Source of the DNA: a virus | Taxonomy: Duplodnaviria > Caudoviricetes | Strand: one strand, 5' to 3' | Length of the DNA stretch: 28,782 nt | IMG/VR virus record: IMGVR_UViG_3300008255_000382 | Location: 1 to 28,782 of that record | Position numbers and translations under genes: made by a program | Shown here: one piece after another, positions 17,408-26,203 of the stretch | How the letters are laid out: each line of letters begins with the position of its first letter | Position numbering within the stretch: the stretch's first letter is position 1 | The notes under the pieces: generated by a model | Told to the model about the DNA's origin: nothing | Seen by the model: the letters and a program-made list of their open reading frames with translations, nothing else | Database searches by the model: none

Positions 17408-18367
17408 TTAAGAAGCGGACGAATCACCTTTACTAAAGTAGCCCCAGTGCCAATCGCGGAAGCCGGTCTGCATATAAGTTGAGAATGTTTTGTAAAAAGT
17501 TCCATTCTTATATTCAGTTTCATTCTCGACGCGTGGCTTCCAGCCCCAAACTGCCTTAACAGACTTTTTCATACGAGCAGGGTCAACCAATGCCCAGTAG
17601 GTGCTGTAAGTTGAGGTCTGCCAGTCAACAACTTCGTAGTCGATACTACCGATAGTGTTGATGTCGTTAAGATCAGTTCCTGGTACTTTGGTACTCTTAG
17701 TCAATCTGATCGCTGTATCTTCAAGTTCCAAAGGAATAAGAAGTTTTAGGCGAGGAGATCGGCGGAGCTGTACACCCTTGAGATCGTAAAAACGATTAAG
17801 TCTATTTCGAGCATTTACCAAAGCGGCATAGCTCAAAGGCACATGTCCTTCCGCTGTTGGTGGGATGTTTCGTTGTGTAGCTACACCTGGTTCTGTTGAA
17901 GGATGTGCGTCATCCGCAACCGCTACTGCGTCACCACCTGTTTGGTGGGTAGTAGTATGTGCAAGATAAAGAAGTCTTGCAGCCTGTGTATCAATACGTT
18001 CATAAGTCGATTGGATACCAGCCTGTGCAGTCTCTTTAAATTCTTGCGCTTTTTCTTTGTTACCCTCCATAATCCAGTGGACCAACTCTTCAGTATAAGT
18101 ACATTGCTTAGTCCATTTCTGAACTGTGATCTGTACATCATATCCTTGTGTTCGATCTTCTTTGGAATATGGAGCGCCTTCAAGCGTAAGTTGAGCTGCG
18201 CTCAAGCCTGAAACGCTTGAAAACTTTGGATCGGGGATTGAAGGACTGTAGTCTTCAAAACCCAATTTGCCGTATTTGAGGTCTGCGGATAGTTGATCTT
18301 TCGTTTGGTCGAATATTTCTACAATTTCGGGATCAATTATATCCGGCAACCTAGTTAATGAATCCAT
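17408..18367 (-). CDS. Major capsid protein (HK97 fold, Mu gpT-like family)
   Basis: 319 aa. SGLS....EG, TEEL, GGD.......HP, LSYAAL, DLKG and LLIP.ELE..A motifs; position after the scaffold and cement genes. Confidence 0.85.
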   Translation of the reverse strand: MDSLTRLPDIIDPEIVEIFDQTKDQLSADLKYGKLGFEDYSPSIPDPKFSSVSGLSAAQLTLEGAPYSKEDRTQGYDVQITVQKWTKQCTYTEELVHWIMEGNKEKAQEFKETAQAGIQSTYERIDTQAARLLYLAHTTTHQTGGDAVAVADDAHPSTEPGVATQRNIPPTAEGHVPLSYAALVNARNRLNRFYDLKGVQLRRSPRLKLLIPLELEDTAIRLTKSTKVPGTDLNDINTIGSIDYEVVDWQTSTYSTYWALVDPARMKKSVKAVWGWKPRVENETEYKNGTFYKTFSTYMQTGFRDWHWGYFSKGDSSAS

Positions 18368-18385
18368 TTTAAATTAGGTTAAAAA

Positions 18386-18847
18386 TTAGTTCTGTGTATG
18401 TGCTAGCTGTTCTGGTTCAGCGATATTGACAAGTACACGAGTTGTTGAACTCTCTTGACGTGGGTCAAGCATTGCAATTCTGAACTGCGCTGTGTTATCA
18501 GCAACCGTGCCAAAATCCATCTGTACCGCTCCTGTACCACCTGTGAGATCGCAGTATTGTGATCTGTTAGTTGCAGTTACTGCCGCACTCATGTCAGCTT
18601 CGTAGTAGTCGTAAATATTACCTACGATATATGAAACTTTTGCAGCTGCTACAGTTTCGTTATTTGCCGCTGCTGTGACTGCCTGATTTGATACACCAAT
18701 GACTCGAGTTCCCGCCGTAGCGACAATTACGAATCCATCCGTGTCGTATGTAAGTGGGTCGCCGATAGCGAACACTTCGCTATTAGCCATAATCCCACCG
18801 TCCATGTTCTGTGTGCCAAAGCACATTCTAAGATGTAATCCAAACAT
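18386..18847 (-). CDS. Capsid cement/decoration-like protein
   Basis: 153 aa, FAIGDPL...GFVIVATAG..VIGV pattern; lies between scaffold and MCP. Confidence 0.65.
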   Translation of the reverse strand: MFGLHLRMCFGTQNMDGGIMANSEVFAIGDPLTYDTDGFVIVATAGTRVIGVSNQAVTAAANNETVAAAKVSYIVGNIYDYYEADMSAAVTATNRSQYCDLTGGTGAVQMDFGTVADNTAQFRIAMLDPRQESSTTRVLVNIAEPEQLAHTQN

Positions 18848-18870
18848 GTTTAGTTTGTTAGTAAAATATA

Positions 18871-19629
18871 TTATGCCGTCAGCTCTCGGAATCTACTTGA
18901 GAACGCTTGAGCTTCTGGACTTTTGTTAGACCCTGAATGGTCTATCTTTGCGGACATATTTCCACCTCTTTTGGTCGTATTACCTGCAAGAAAACTTGCT
19001 TTTTTCTCCTCTCCTGTGTCTGCTTTGGCTGGAAACGCTAGATTGTAAGCCATCTCCCATGCCCTTTCGGGATTTTCCTCAACAAACTTGGGATTGAAGA
19101 CATCGAGCTGCGCTTTCACGCTCTTGTAGGCTGGGTCAAATTCGTTCTCCTTAATGCCCTTTTCCTTTAGGAAGGATTTTTGGGCATTTTCGGCACGAGC
19201 CTGTTCCCGTTCTTCAAGCATACGTAAACGCTTTTCCTGTTCATATCTCTCAGGGTTTTCCTCCCGTATCTCCTCAAGCTCCAAGTTCTTCTTATATTCG
19301 CTATAAGATTTACCGTGGATTTTTTGCGTTACCTTATCCGCTAAAGCGGGATCGGTTTCCGCCAAGTCTTCAAGTAGATCAGGATTTTTCTCCACCAACT
19401 TGACGTTGGTTTCGACTACCCTTTGATGCTCCTCGCTCAACTGTTTGTGCGCTTTGGCAGTTCCGTCATAACGGTTCTTCCAGTCATCCTGTCCCTTTTC
19501 GGGGAGTTCGGTATGTTCGCTTTCAGTCGGTTTTTGTTCAGAGGTTGACTCCTCATTGCCTGGTAAGTTCCCCTCAGTGGGTGTTACGGGCACTTCACTG
19601 TCTGCGTTTGCAGAGTTCGTGATATCCAT
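18871..19629 (-). CDS. Capsid scaffolding protein
   Basis: Acidic disordered N-terminus, DWKNRY followed by a coiled coil; two genes upstream of MCP. Confidence 0.75.
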   Translation of the reverse strand: MDITNSANADSEVPVTPTEGNLPGNEESTSEQKPTESEHTELPEKGQDDWKNRYDGTAKAHKQLSEEHQRVVETNVKLVEKNPDLLEDLAETDPALADKVTQKIHGKSYSEYKKNLELEEIREENPERYEQEKRLRMLEEREQARAENAQKSFLKEKGIKENEFDPAYKSVKAQLDVFNPKFVEENPERAWEMAYNLAFPAKADTGEEKKASFLAGNTTKRGGNMSAKIDHSGSNKSPEAQAFSSRFRELTA

Positions 19630-19656
19630 AAGATATGAATTAAGTAATACGTGGGT

Positions 19657-19708
19657 GGAAATGCCACCTTATCAACCCACACGAATGAGCTGATAGCGAG
19701 GCACTTCC
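19657..19708 (-). promoter_or_regulatory. Structured RNA hairpin in the scaffold gene leader
   Basis: Minus strand GGAAGUGCC/GGCAUUUCC outer stem and UAUCAGCUCA/UGGGUUGAUA inner stem; the three non-Watson-Crick positions are all G-U pairs on this strand. Confidence 0.7.
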
Positions 19709-19723
19709 CTAATTGTTAATGAT

Positions 19724-20113
19724 CTAGTATCCGAGTCCGTCCAGTGTTTCTTCCTGCATGTCTGCGTTCATTCTCTGTGTGTATTTTTGATTAAATTCGT
19801 CTTCGATCTGTCGCTCTAACATCTGTAAAATCATTATTCCGCCTCTTTTCACGTCTTCATCGTCGCACTTCTTATAAAACATCTGCTGTAGCCATTGAGC
19901 CTTTAGATTTGCGGTCAACTTCACAAAGCTGTGGTACTTGCTGTCAACGATTAGACTTGCAATATTCTTTCTATCTTCATCACTCAGACGGGATACATAC
20001 ACACCAATTGACCTATACAGCCCCAGCAGTCGGTACGCCTGCTCCTTCTCCTGCTGCTCCCATAGCTGCTGCGCCTTCCTCTCCTTCCACCATGTTTTGA
20101 TTGATTTGAGCAT
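19724..20113 (-). CDS. Hypothetical protein after portal
   Basis: Likely start MLKSIKTWW (ATG 20113); helical; overlaps the portal 3' end by 101 nt. Confidence 0.6.
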   Translation of the reverse strand: MLKSIKTWWKERKAQQLWEQQEKEQAYRLLGLYRSIGVYVSRLSDEDRKNIASLIVDSKYHSFVKLTANLKAQWLQQMFYKKCDDEDVKRGGIMILQMLERQIEDEFNQKYTQRMNADMQEETLDGLGY

Positions 20114-21977
20114 TTTTATAATTGTTAATGGCTTGCTGTTGTTCGGGTATGATTCCACCTGCTTGCTGAATTAGTCTGGCTACTTCGTCCTCCTCCGTCA
20201 TTGGTGACACATCTGTCATCCCTTCATCTGGCCGTTTCATCAGTACGGTTGTTGGCAATTTTTGTCTCTCTCTGATAAACTCAGCCATGCCAAACTGATC
20301 TATAGCTTGTGGCGTTACATTTGACATAAGCTCTATACCCTCCATCTCAAGCGCCTTTTGAATCTGTTCAGATATGGCGATGTTGCCAACTTTCAATATC
20401 GGCTGGAAATCATAATCAATATCTTCACCTTTGAATTTGAATGTATGCACGCCCTGATTTTCTTCTTCAACAAATTTATGTTTCTCAGATCTGAATATCT
20501 GCTTGCCTTCGGTAACAACTTCCCGATCTTTCTTTTTACCGTCCTTGCCAAATTCAGGAACTTTTAGATTAAGCAAAAGAATATTTGCGTTGATTCTGTG
20601 CAGCCTCTTAAATCCAGCAATTGTGTTTAGGTGTAGACCTAAGTCAATAATCGCTATTTGTGATTCCTTGCGTATTACCGTCTTCGTTGCCGTCTCATCG
20701 CTTGGCGGTGCTGCTGTATCAGTAATATTCACACCGGTAGAAATAACAATATCCCGATCAGTCATCTCATCTAGTCGTAATGGTGCGTCAAGATTAGCCT
20801 GCACAGGGATAGGAGCCATGTCATTTGGTGCGACTCGTACAAAGTCTTGCCCCCATGTATAAGTCTCCTCGTTGAATGTAGAAAGCGGGTCAATCGCCAG
20901 TGTTGGCTTTGCTGCTTTTTTGGTTACGTCATAGATAAGGTTTCGATTCTTATTCTTAATTTCCCTAAACGCCTTAACAATTGCAGGTTCACCGTATCCA
21001 TAAGGCTGTCCGGGTATTTTATGATCGACAAATAGAGCAAGAGGTAAATCCTTCTTACCCCTAAAGCTCCTCATTGGTATTGGTGATTCACGTACGATCT
21101 TACCGTTCATCATCACCACATATTGATCTTTTACCTTTGAGTAGCAGTGCATGACTTCATAGAAATTTTTCTGATTGCCACCGTTGAGATCATTCACATC
21201 CTGAAACATCTCATTCTTTGCGACTGGCTTGATTCCCAATCCCTCGAAATCAACATCACTATAGACAACCTCGCCTTTGTCCTTTGAGTAATATTCAAAA
21301 ACAATAGCTTCCTCACAATCCGAAAGGTCAGACTCACGGCAACCTTCATCAAGCAGTACATGCCTAAGATCAACAGTTGAGCTTTTGAACTCTTTAACCG
21401 TTGTTTTAACTTCCTTAAAAGTCATTTCTCCATCATCGTCCACTTCCGGCTCTTGTATGACATTTTCATATTCAACCATCCGTGACCAACGAATAGCCGT
21501 GCCAAATACATTCTTTTGCAACCATGTCTCAAAATCTTCATACTCTCCACCCGCCTCACTAATCATCTGGTTGTACACATTGCGCCACAGTAACGCCGGG
21601 CTTTGATCTTCACTACCAATAACCATCCAATCAGGGATCGGAAGATTCTTAATCTCCGTTGCCAGTTTTCGCATGACTACGGCAAATTCCAACGGATAAC
21701 GCACATCAGTGAATCTGAATCCGTAAGTTGTGAATTTATTATTGAAGTACCCCTGTAGCTCCGGTGCGGTGTCAGGGTCAAACGATCTCTTTGTCCCGGT
21801 ATCGCCATAAACGGCAAAAGCCACAAACGCAAACAGTGAGTTACGCCACATAGTCTCAAAATACGATCTACGCGCATACATATCAGTTGCGCGTTGTAAC
21901 CAATAATGAGCGTCTTTCTCGCCTTCCGCATAACTCGAAAGGCTCTTGCCGTAAAATTTAGGCACGTGCTTTCTCAA
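20013..21977 (-). CDS. Portal protein (P22-like podoviral type)
   Basis: 654 aa. VFGTAI, NGKIVRESPIP, PGQPYGYGEP, STGVN and ETAT motifs; lies between TerL and scaffold. Confidence 0.85.
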   Translation of the reverse strand: MRKHVPKFYGKSLSSYAEGEKDAHYWLQRATDMYARRSYFETMWRNSLFAFVAFAVYGDTGTKRSFDPDTAPELQGYFNNKFTTYGFRFTDVRYPLEFAVVMRKLATEIKNLPIPDWMVIGSEDQSPALLWRNVYNQMISEAGGEYEDFETWLQKNVFGTAIRWSRMVEYENVIQEPEVDDDGEMTFKEVKTTVKEFKSSTVDLRHVLLDEGCRESDLSDCEEAIVFEYYSKDKGEVVYSDVDFEGLGIKPVAKNEMFQDVNDLNGGNQKNFYEVMHCYSKVKDQYVVMMNGKIVRESPIPMRSFRGKKDLPLALFVDHKIPGQPYGYGEPAIVKAFREIKNKNRNLIYDVTKKAAKPTLAIDPLSTFNEETYTWGQDFVRVAPNDMAPIPVQANLDAPLRLDEMTDRDIVISTGVNITDTAAPPSDETATKTVIRKESQIAIIDLGLHLNTIAGFKRLHRINANILLLNLKVPEFGKDGKKKDREVVTEGKQIFRSEKHKFVEEENQGVHTFKFKGEDIDYDFQPILKVGNIAISEQIQKALEMEGIELMSNVTPQAIDQFGMAEFIRERQKLPTTVLMKRPDEGMTDVSPMTEEDEVARLIQQAGGIIPEQQQAINNYKNAQINQNMVEGEEGAAAMGAAGEGAGVPTAGAV

Positions 21978-22398
21978 GTCGGAATGGGGTTACGGGTACG
22001 TTTTTAAGGTGTTCGCTAACTTTGACACGTTCACTTTTGGTGAGGTGCTGAAATTTATTTAAACCAATATCGTCAATCTCTTTTTCAGGGATGATGATTA
22101 AAACCGGAATACCTTTAGAGTTGAAAACGGTTTGCTTCGGAAGGTCATTCACACTATCAAAAACAAACTGCTCTCCGGTATCGGCTAAATCCCACAATGC
22201 TAATAATGGCAAGTGTTCGTATTCTTTCGATCTATTTGGTGTGTAGGTTTTATTACATTGCCTGATCTCTTTCTCAATATAATCAGCAAGCTTTGAAGCT
22301 TTTATCGACAACACTCTAGGCGAAACAACCCCACGTGTAGTGGTGATGGTGTTGGTAATCCGTATCTGTGCGACGTACTCCTGAGCGGAAGCCTGCAT
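21958..22398 (-). CDS. Hypothetical protein (146 aa), first gene after an internal promoter
   Basis: ORF fills the TerL-portal gap and overlaps the portal start by 20 nt; no recognised motif. Confidence 0.6.
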   Translation of the reverse strand: MQASAQEYVAQIRITNTITTTRGVVSPRVLSIKASKLADYIEKEIRQCNKTYTPNRSKEYEHLPLLALWDLADTGEQFVFDSVNDLPKQTVFNSKGIPVLIIIPEKEIDDIGLNKFQHLTKSERVKVSEHLKNVPVTPFRLEKARA

Positions 22399-22445
22399 AG
22401 TTATTAGTTAGTTCGGACCGATAAAAACTAACTAAACTAATAACT
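22399..22445. repeat. AT-rich inverted repeat spanning the predicted 5' UTR
   Basis: AGTTATTAGTT (22399-22409) and AACTAATAACT (22435-22445) are perfect complements, with additional inner AGTT/AACT units. Confidence 0.8.
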
Positions 22446-22451
22446 GCAAAT

Positions 22452-22480
22452 ATTATGCGTAGGTATTGTTAGAATGTAAA
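22452..22480 (-). promoter_or_regulatory. sigma70-type promoter for the portal/head operon
   Basis: TTTACA(22480-22475)-N17-CATAAT(22457-22452), each box 5/6 to consensus, in the intergenic gap. Confidence 0.65.
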
Positions 22481-22485
22481 GCAAA

Positions 22486-25284
22486 TCACCACTTTGGGAT
22501 TTGTTGTTTTACTTTCAACATCTCTTTCAATTTTTCTTCCTGTGTTTTCTGCGGTTGAACCATAATATTATAATCAAATATGTGTAGGGCTATCGCCAGT
22601 GACATAACTAAATCATCGTAACACCCCTCTTGGGCTTGTGCCTTTCCTTTATCATCATACACAAACGTCATGCACTCCATGATCGTGGCTTCATCGACAA
22701 GCGCGAACTCTCCTTCAATAATCCAGCGTGCGAGCTTGTTGAGTATGAGCTCCCTTGATCTTTCATTGGTGTGAAAGCCTAGCTTCATTTCATATTTTTC
22801 GGTCGTACGATCAACTGAACGTCTACGATATAATCGTGGGTATTGAATCTCTGAATGCAGAATCTTGTTCGTGGTGATTCCGTCCTTGTTGACCTCAATA
22901 CCGATCAGCGCGCAATCCTGCCCGCCTCGATAGAAGTATCCCAATCGTGCCGCAAGATATGCCAGCTTAGTCGGGTCAATCTTCCCATGCCATACAGCCA
23001 CTTGATCGCCTGTGTGCTTGTCAATCACCTGTAAGCATGAGTAGTCACTCCATACCGTGCCCTTGGCGGTATCACCGCCAATAACATAGCTGTGCTTGAT
23101 ACTCGGTAGTTTGTAGAGTTTTAGGCATCCCTTGGCTGATTTAACCAGTTCCGGCTGTTTGATTCCCTCCTTGGTGTCTACGGAGACAAGCTCACCTTGG
23201 AATATTGGCTTAGGTACGTTTTGCCTGTAAAGCTGTAAATTATCGAGATTGAATCGCGGAAGACCGGAAGTAATAAAAGCCTCAATGTCGCAATTATGAA
23301 CTATTATACCGTTTGCAATGAACTCGTGTGAATCGGTAGCAATATCATAAACTTCCTCATTCCCCTTAAACATAACCCCTACCACCTTATCACATAACTC
23401 TAACTTTCTCATTTTAGCCCCCACACCTCTTGGTGTGTTGTTTGACAATGCAATTCTCTCTTTTTTCTTTTGAGAGATAAACCCTAATTCTTTTTTATAC
23501 TGATAAGCCTCAGCCCTCCTAAATATTAACTCATATCCAATATACTCATGCCCACCGCTAGACCTTTTGTTCGCCGTCCTTAGCCTTGCCGTAATGCCAA
23601 ATCCCAACAAAAGAAACTGAACATCCCTTAAAAACTTCTTATATTTAGAAAACAAAACAACCCTATTGCCGTTCCTATCTACAAAACCATCTGCCTCAAA
23701 CAAACCAATTAAGAACTGCCTAATAACATTCTTTGGCGAAAACTTAATAAATGAAGGAACGCAAACCTTTCGCATATATCCACTTGCTCTTTTTCTCACT
23801 ATTCCCATTTCCTTAAAAGCCTTAGTAAATAGCTTGTTAGCCTTCCTAACCTCTACACACCCTTTTTTTGTACCTGTTATTCGAGTGTGATGTCCGCCCA
23901 AATATTTATCAAACAACCTTTCCACCTCATTAACTACTTCTGGACAGGCTCTATCACAAGCCACGCTAACCACTCCATCACCACTAGCAAAACTTCCATC
24001 ACCCATGAATATACCAAGAAACCTTGCGAAATCATTACTAATCTTTATTTCATTTTCAATAAAATTCGTACTATATTTTATTGATTGTTTGTTTGTATTG
24101 AAACTAGGCATACCCAACTGCACAACATCGCCCTCCTTAATATTACTCAACTCTTTAAACCCATTATTCATTAATATCTTATGGTCTAAAGTACAATCAA
24201 CCTCGTACCCCATTTCCGTCTTAATAGTGTACACGTCCTTTTTTCCCTTAAACCAATGCCCTAAAATGCCTCTTTGGTTAGATTGTATATCTTTAATCTT
24301 CATTATTCCATCTAATGTAGCCACCTCTGTATCGCCGCTAACACATGACGGAAACTCTTGACGAAACTTGATCTCGTCACCTCCACACTTATTGGCAATA
24401 CAATACCGCCTCCAATTGAGTTGTGCGTCAGTGAGTGAGTATAAAGTCTTCAACTCCTCCTCTTGTGGCGTAAGGATGAATTCACCAACCACTTCACGAG
24501 AATATTCAGGAAATATCCACCACGGAAGGAAAATAGCTTCAAAATCATTCTTCCCGTTCTTCGCAGCCCAATATGTATCGCAAAAATAACCTCCTATTCC
24601 GTTCGCGGTGGATTCAAGAACGATCATTGTATCGTTATGATCCGGTATCATCTGCATCGCCGCGATCATCAAATCCTCTGCATTCACCCAAAAAGCAACC
24701 TCACTCCCATGAAAGTTCTGGATTGTTCTTGATCTGGCTTCCGTTTTGGACGCTGTCTGCACTTCGATCTGTGAGCCTAATCCTCTCGTCTCTGGATTCA
24801 TTCGCTTCTTTTCGTCAGGATTCTCAAACACTAATTCTTGCCTGTTGGAGTACCGCTTCATCGGTCGAACATCTGCTAATAAATTTTCATAAAAAAACTT
24901 CGCCATCTTGAAAATTGCCTTTGTTGATTCCGGGTCATGAGAAATAATCAGAGAGTTACGATTGAATCGTGTCGCGGTATCGTGAAATATTAGACCTTCC
25001 GTCATTGTAGATATACCCTGCTGTCTTGCCTTGAGAATTACCAGCTTCACAGGTCTACCCTGCGCCTTTATCTGCTTAATTTTTTCATAAACTATTTTTT
25101 GCGTTGAATTAAAAATAAGCGGTAACTCCTTACCCGCTTTATCCTTAATCCGTAGAACCTCCTCACAATACCTTTCAGGGTCAACCAATATATCATCAAT
25201 CTCCTTATCAATCTTCTCCTGTAGCTTTCTTTCTGATTCTTCCTTCGAGAGTGCGCGCGGTGATTTGAATTCGTTCTGGGGCAT
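22486..25284 (-). CDS. terL: Terminase large subunit, intein-containing
   Basis: Walker A KARQQGIST, Walker B FHGSEVAFW, coupling motif ESTANG, and RNase H-like nuclease motifs IGGDTAKG, DYS, IEVN, DDLVMS. Confidence 0.95.
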   Translation of the reverse strand: MPQNEFKSPRALSKEESERKLQEKIDKEIDDILVDPERYCEEVLRIKDKAGKELPLIFNSTQKIVYEKIKQIKAQGRPVKLVILKARQQGISTMTEGLIFHDTATRFNRNSLIISHDPESTKAIFKMAKFFYENLLADVRPMKRYSNRQELVFENPDEKKRMNPETRGLGSQIEVQTASKTEARSRTIQNFHGSEVAFWVNAEDLMIAAMQMIPDHNDTMIVLESTANGIGGYFCDTYWAAKNGKNDFEAIFLPWWIFPEYSREVVGEFILTPQEEELKTLYSLTDAQLNWRRYCIANKCGGDEIKFRQEFPSCVSGDTEVATLDGIMKIKDIQSNQRGILGHWFKGKKDVYTIKTEMGYEVDCTLDHKILMNNGFKELSNIKEGDVVQLGMPSFNTNKQSIKYSTNFIENEIKISNDFARFLGIFMGDGSFASGDGVVSVACDRACPEVVNEVERLFDKYLGGHHTRITGTKKGCVEVRKANKLFTKAFKEMGIVRKRASGYMRKVCVPSFIKFSPKNVIRQFLIGLFEADGFVDRNGNRVVLFSKYKKFLRDVQFLLLGFGITARLRTANKRSSGGHEYIGYELIFRRAEAYQYKKELGFISQKKKERIALSNNTPRGVGAKMRKLELCDKVVGVMFKGNEEVYDIATDSHEFIANGIIVHNCDIEAFITSGLPRFNLDNLQLYRQNVPKPIFQGELVSVDTKEGIKQPELVKSAKGCLKLYKLPSIKHSYVIGGDTAKGTVWSDYSCLQVIDKHTGDQVAVWHGKIDPTKLAYLAARLGYFYRGGQDCALIGIEVNKDGITTNKILHSEIQYPRLYRRRSVDRTTEKYEMKLGFHTNERSRELILNKLARWIIEGEFALVDEATIMECMTFVYDDKGKAQAQEGCYDDLVMSLAIALHIFDYNIMVQPQKTQEEKLKEMLKVKQQIPKW
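23293..24345 (-). mobile_element. Intein (351 aa) with LAGLIDADG homing endonuclease
   Basis: QEFPS|CVSGDTEV (block A), CTLDHKIL (block B), FLGIFMGDGS and FLIGLFEADG (LAGLIDADG motifs), VYDIA..SHEFIANGIIVHN|C (blocks F/G, +1 Cys). Visibly AT-richer than the exteins. Confidence 0.95.
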
Positions 25285-25609
25285 ATTTGGCTGTTAATTT
25301 GTATCCCATATCCAGCGCGGCTTTTACGGCGTTGGGGTCAATCTCTCCTGTCTTGATGACTTCAACTTTTCCCTCTTCATCTTTTTTAATCACAACTTCC
25401 TGTTTTTCGAAAAGTTCCCTGTGTTTCTTCGCCATATACTCGTCAGGAAAATACTCACGCATGATGTCTTGCCATCCCTTCGATCCGGTAAGCTTTTGGG
25501 GTGTTTTTGCGGTTCCCCTCCCGTAACCCGCTTTCCGCATGGCATTGCCTATATTTCCGCCGTTTTCCACTAGGATTTTTGCGGCTTTTAGCTGTTTAGG
25601 AGTTGGCAT
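25208..25609 (-). CDS. terS: Terminase small subunit
   Basis: PTPKQLKAAKIL..NGGNIGNAMRKAGY HTH and VKAALDMGYKL; immediately upstream of and overlapping TerL. Confidence 0.8.
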   Translation of the reverse strand: MPTPKQLKAAKILVENGGNIGNAMRKAGYGRGTAKTPQKLTGSKGWQDIMREYFPDEYMAKKHRELFEKQEVVIKKDEEGKVEVIKTGEIDPNAVKAALDMGYKLTAKYAPERIQITARTLEGRIRKKATGED

Positions 25610-25621
25610 AAAAAATCAAAA

Positions 25622-25816
25622 TTAAACCAAAAACATAATTTTAGAAACATTTTTGGCCGATAAACCTCTCTCCGTATTCTGCACTTCATATTCAACCATA
25701 TCGCCTTGGTTGGGTAATTCGCCTACTACATTTTTACGATGGAAGAATACATCGGGCGTACCTTCGATGAATCCATAGTTGTTTTCAATCTTATAAGATT
25801 TTACTTTTCCGCGCAT
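25622..25816 (-). CDS. Cold-shock domain protein (CspA family)
   Basis: 64 aa. GKVK, YGFI (RNP1), DVFFH (RNP2), GDMVEYEV and RGLSAKNV. Confidence 0.92.
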   Translation of the reverse strand: MRGKVKSYKIENNYGFIEGTPDVFFHRKNVVGELPNQGDMVEYEVQNTERGLSAKNVSKIMFLV

Positions 25817-26073
25817 GGTAGTTTTATAATTAATTTAGCGTCGAACATTCCTTCTTTGATAATGTGATCGACTTGATTCATAAGGTCTGTGATATTGACT
25901 CCTTTCTGTTCACATACTCTCATTTGGATGATTAAACCGTTGAGAATTGTGTTGAGATCAGAGAGATATGGAGGAAGCCCGTCAGTATCTATGGCTAGGT
26001 TATTAACCTTGCCGAGACGTACTGTTGGATTCCTCCCATCCTCTATATCAATGATTATATTATTTTTCATCAT
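25801..26073 (-). CDS. Hypothetical protein (90 aa)
   Basis: ORF overlaps both neighbours by short stretches; no recognised motif. Confidence 0.55.
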   Translation of the reverse strand: MMKNNIIIDIEDGRNPTVRLGKVNNLAIDTDGLPPYLSDLNTILNGLIIQMRVCEQKGVNITDLMNQVDHIIKEGMFDAKLIIKLPCAEK

Positions 26074-26203
26074 TTCTTAATTTACGGCATTTTTTAGAGC
26101 AGTATTTGATCTGCTGCTGTGGGTTATTCTTGGCAATATCTTTACCGCAAACGTGGCAAGTCGTAACGCATAATCTTATTGTATTACTTTTTTTTGCCTT
26201 CAC
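26060..26203 (-). CDS. Small zinc-finger protein (C-x2-C...YCS-x2-C)
   Basis: TCHVCGKDI...KYCSKKCR. Start uncertain; a GTG at about 26203, inside the groEL 3' end, is assumed. Confidence 0.5.
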   Translation of the reverse strand: MKAKKSNTIRLCVTTCHVCGKDIAKNNPQQQIKYCSKKCRKLRNDEK

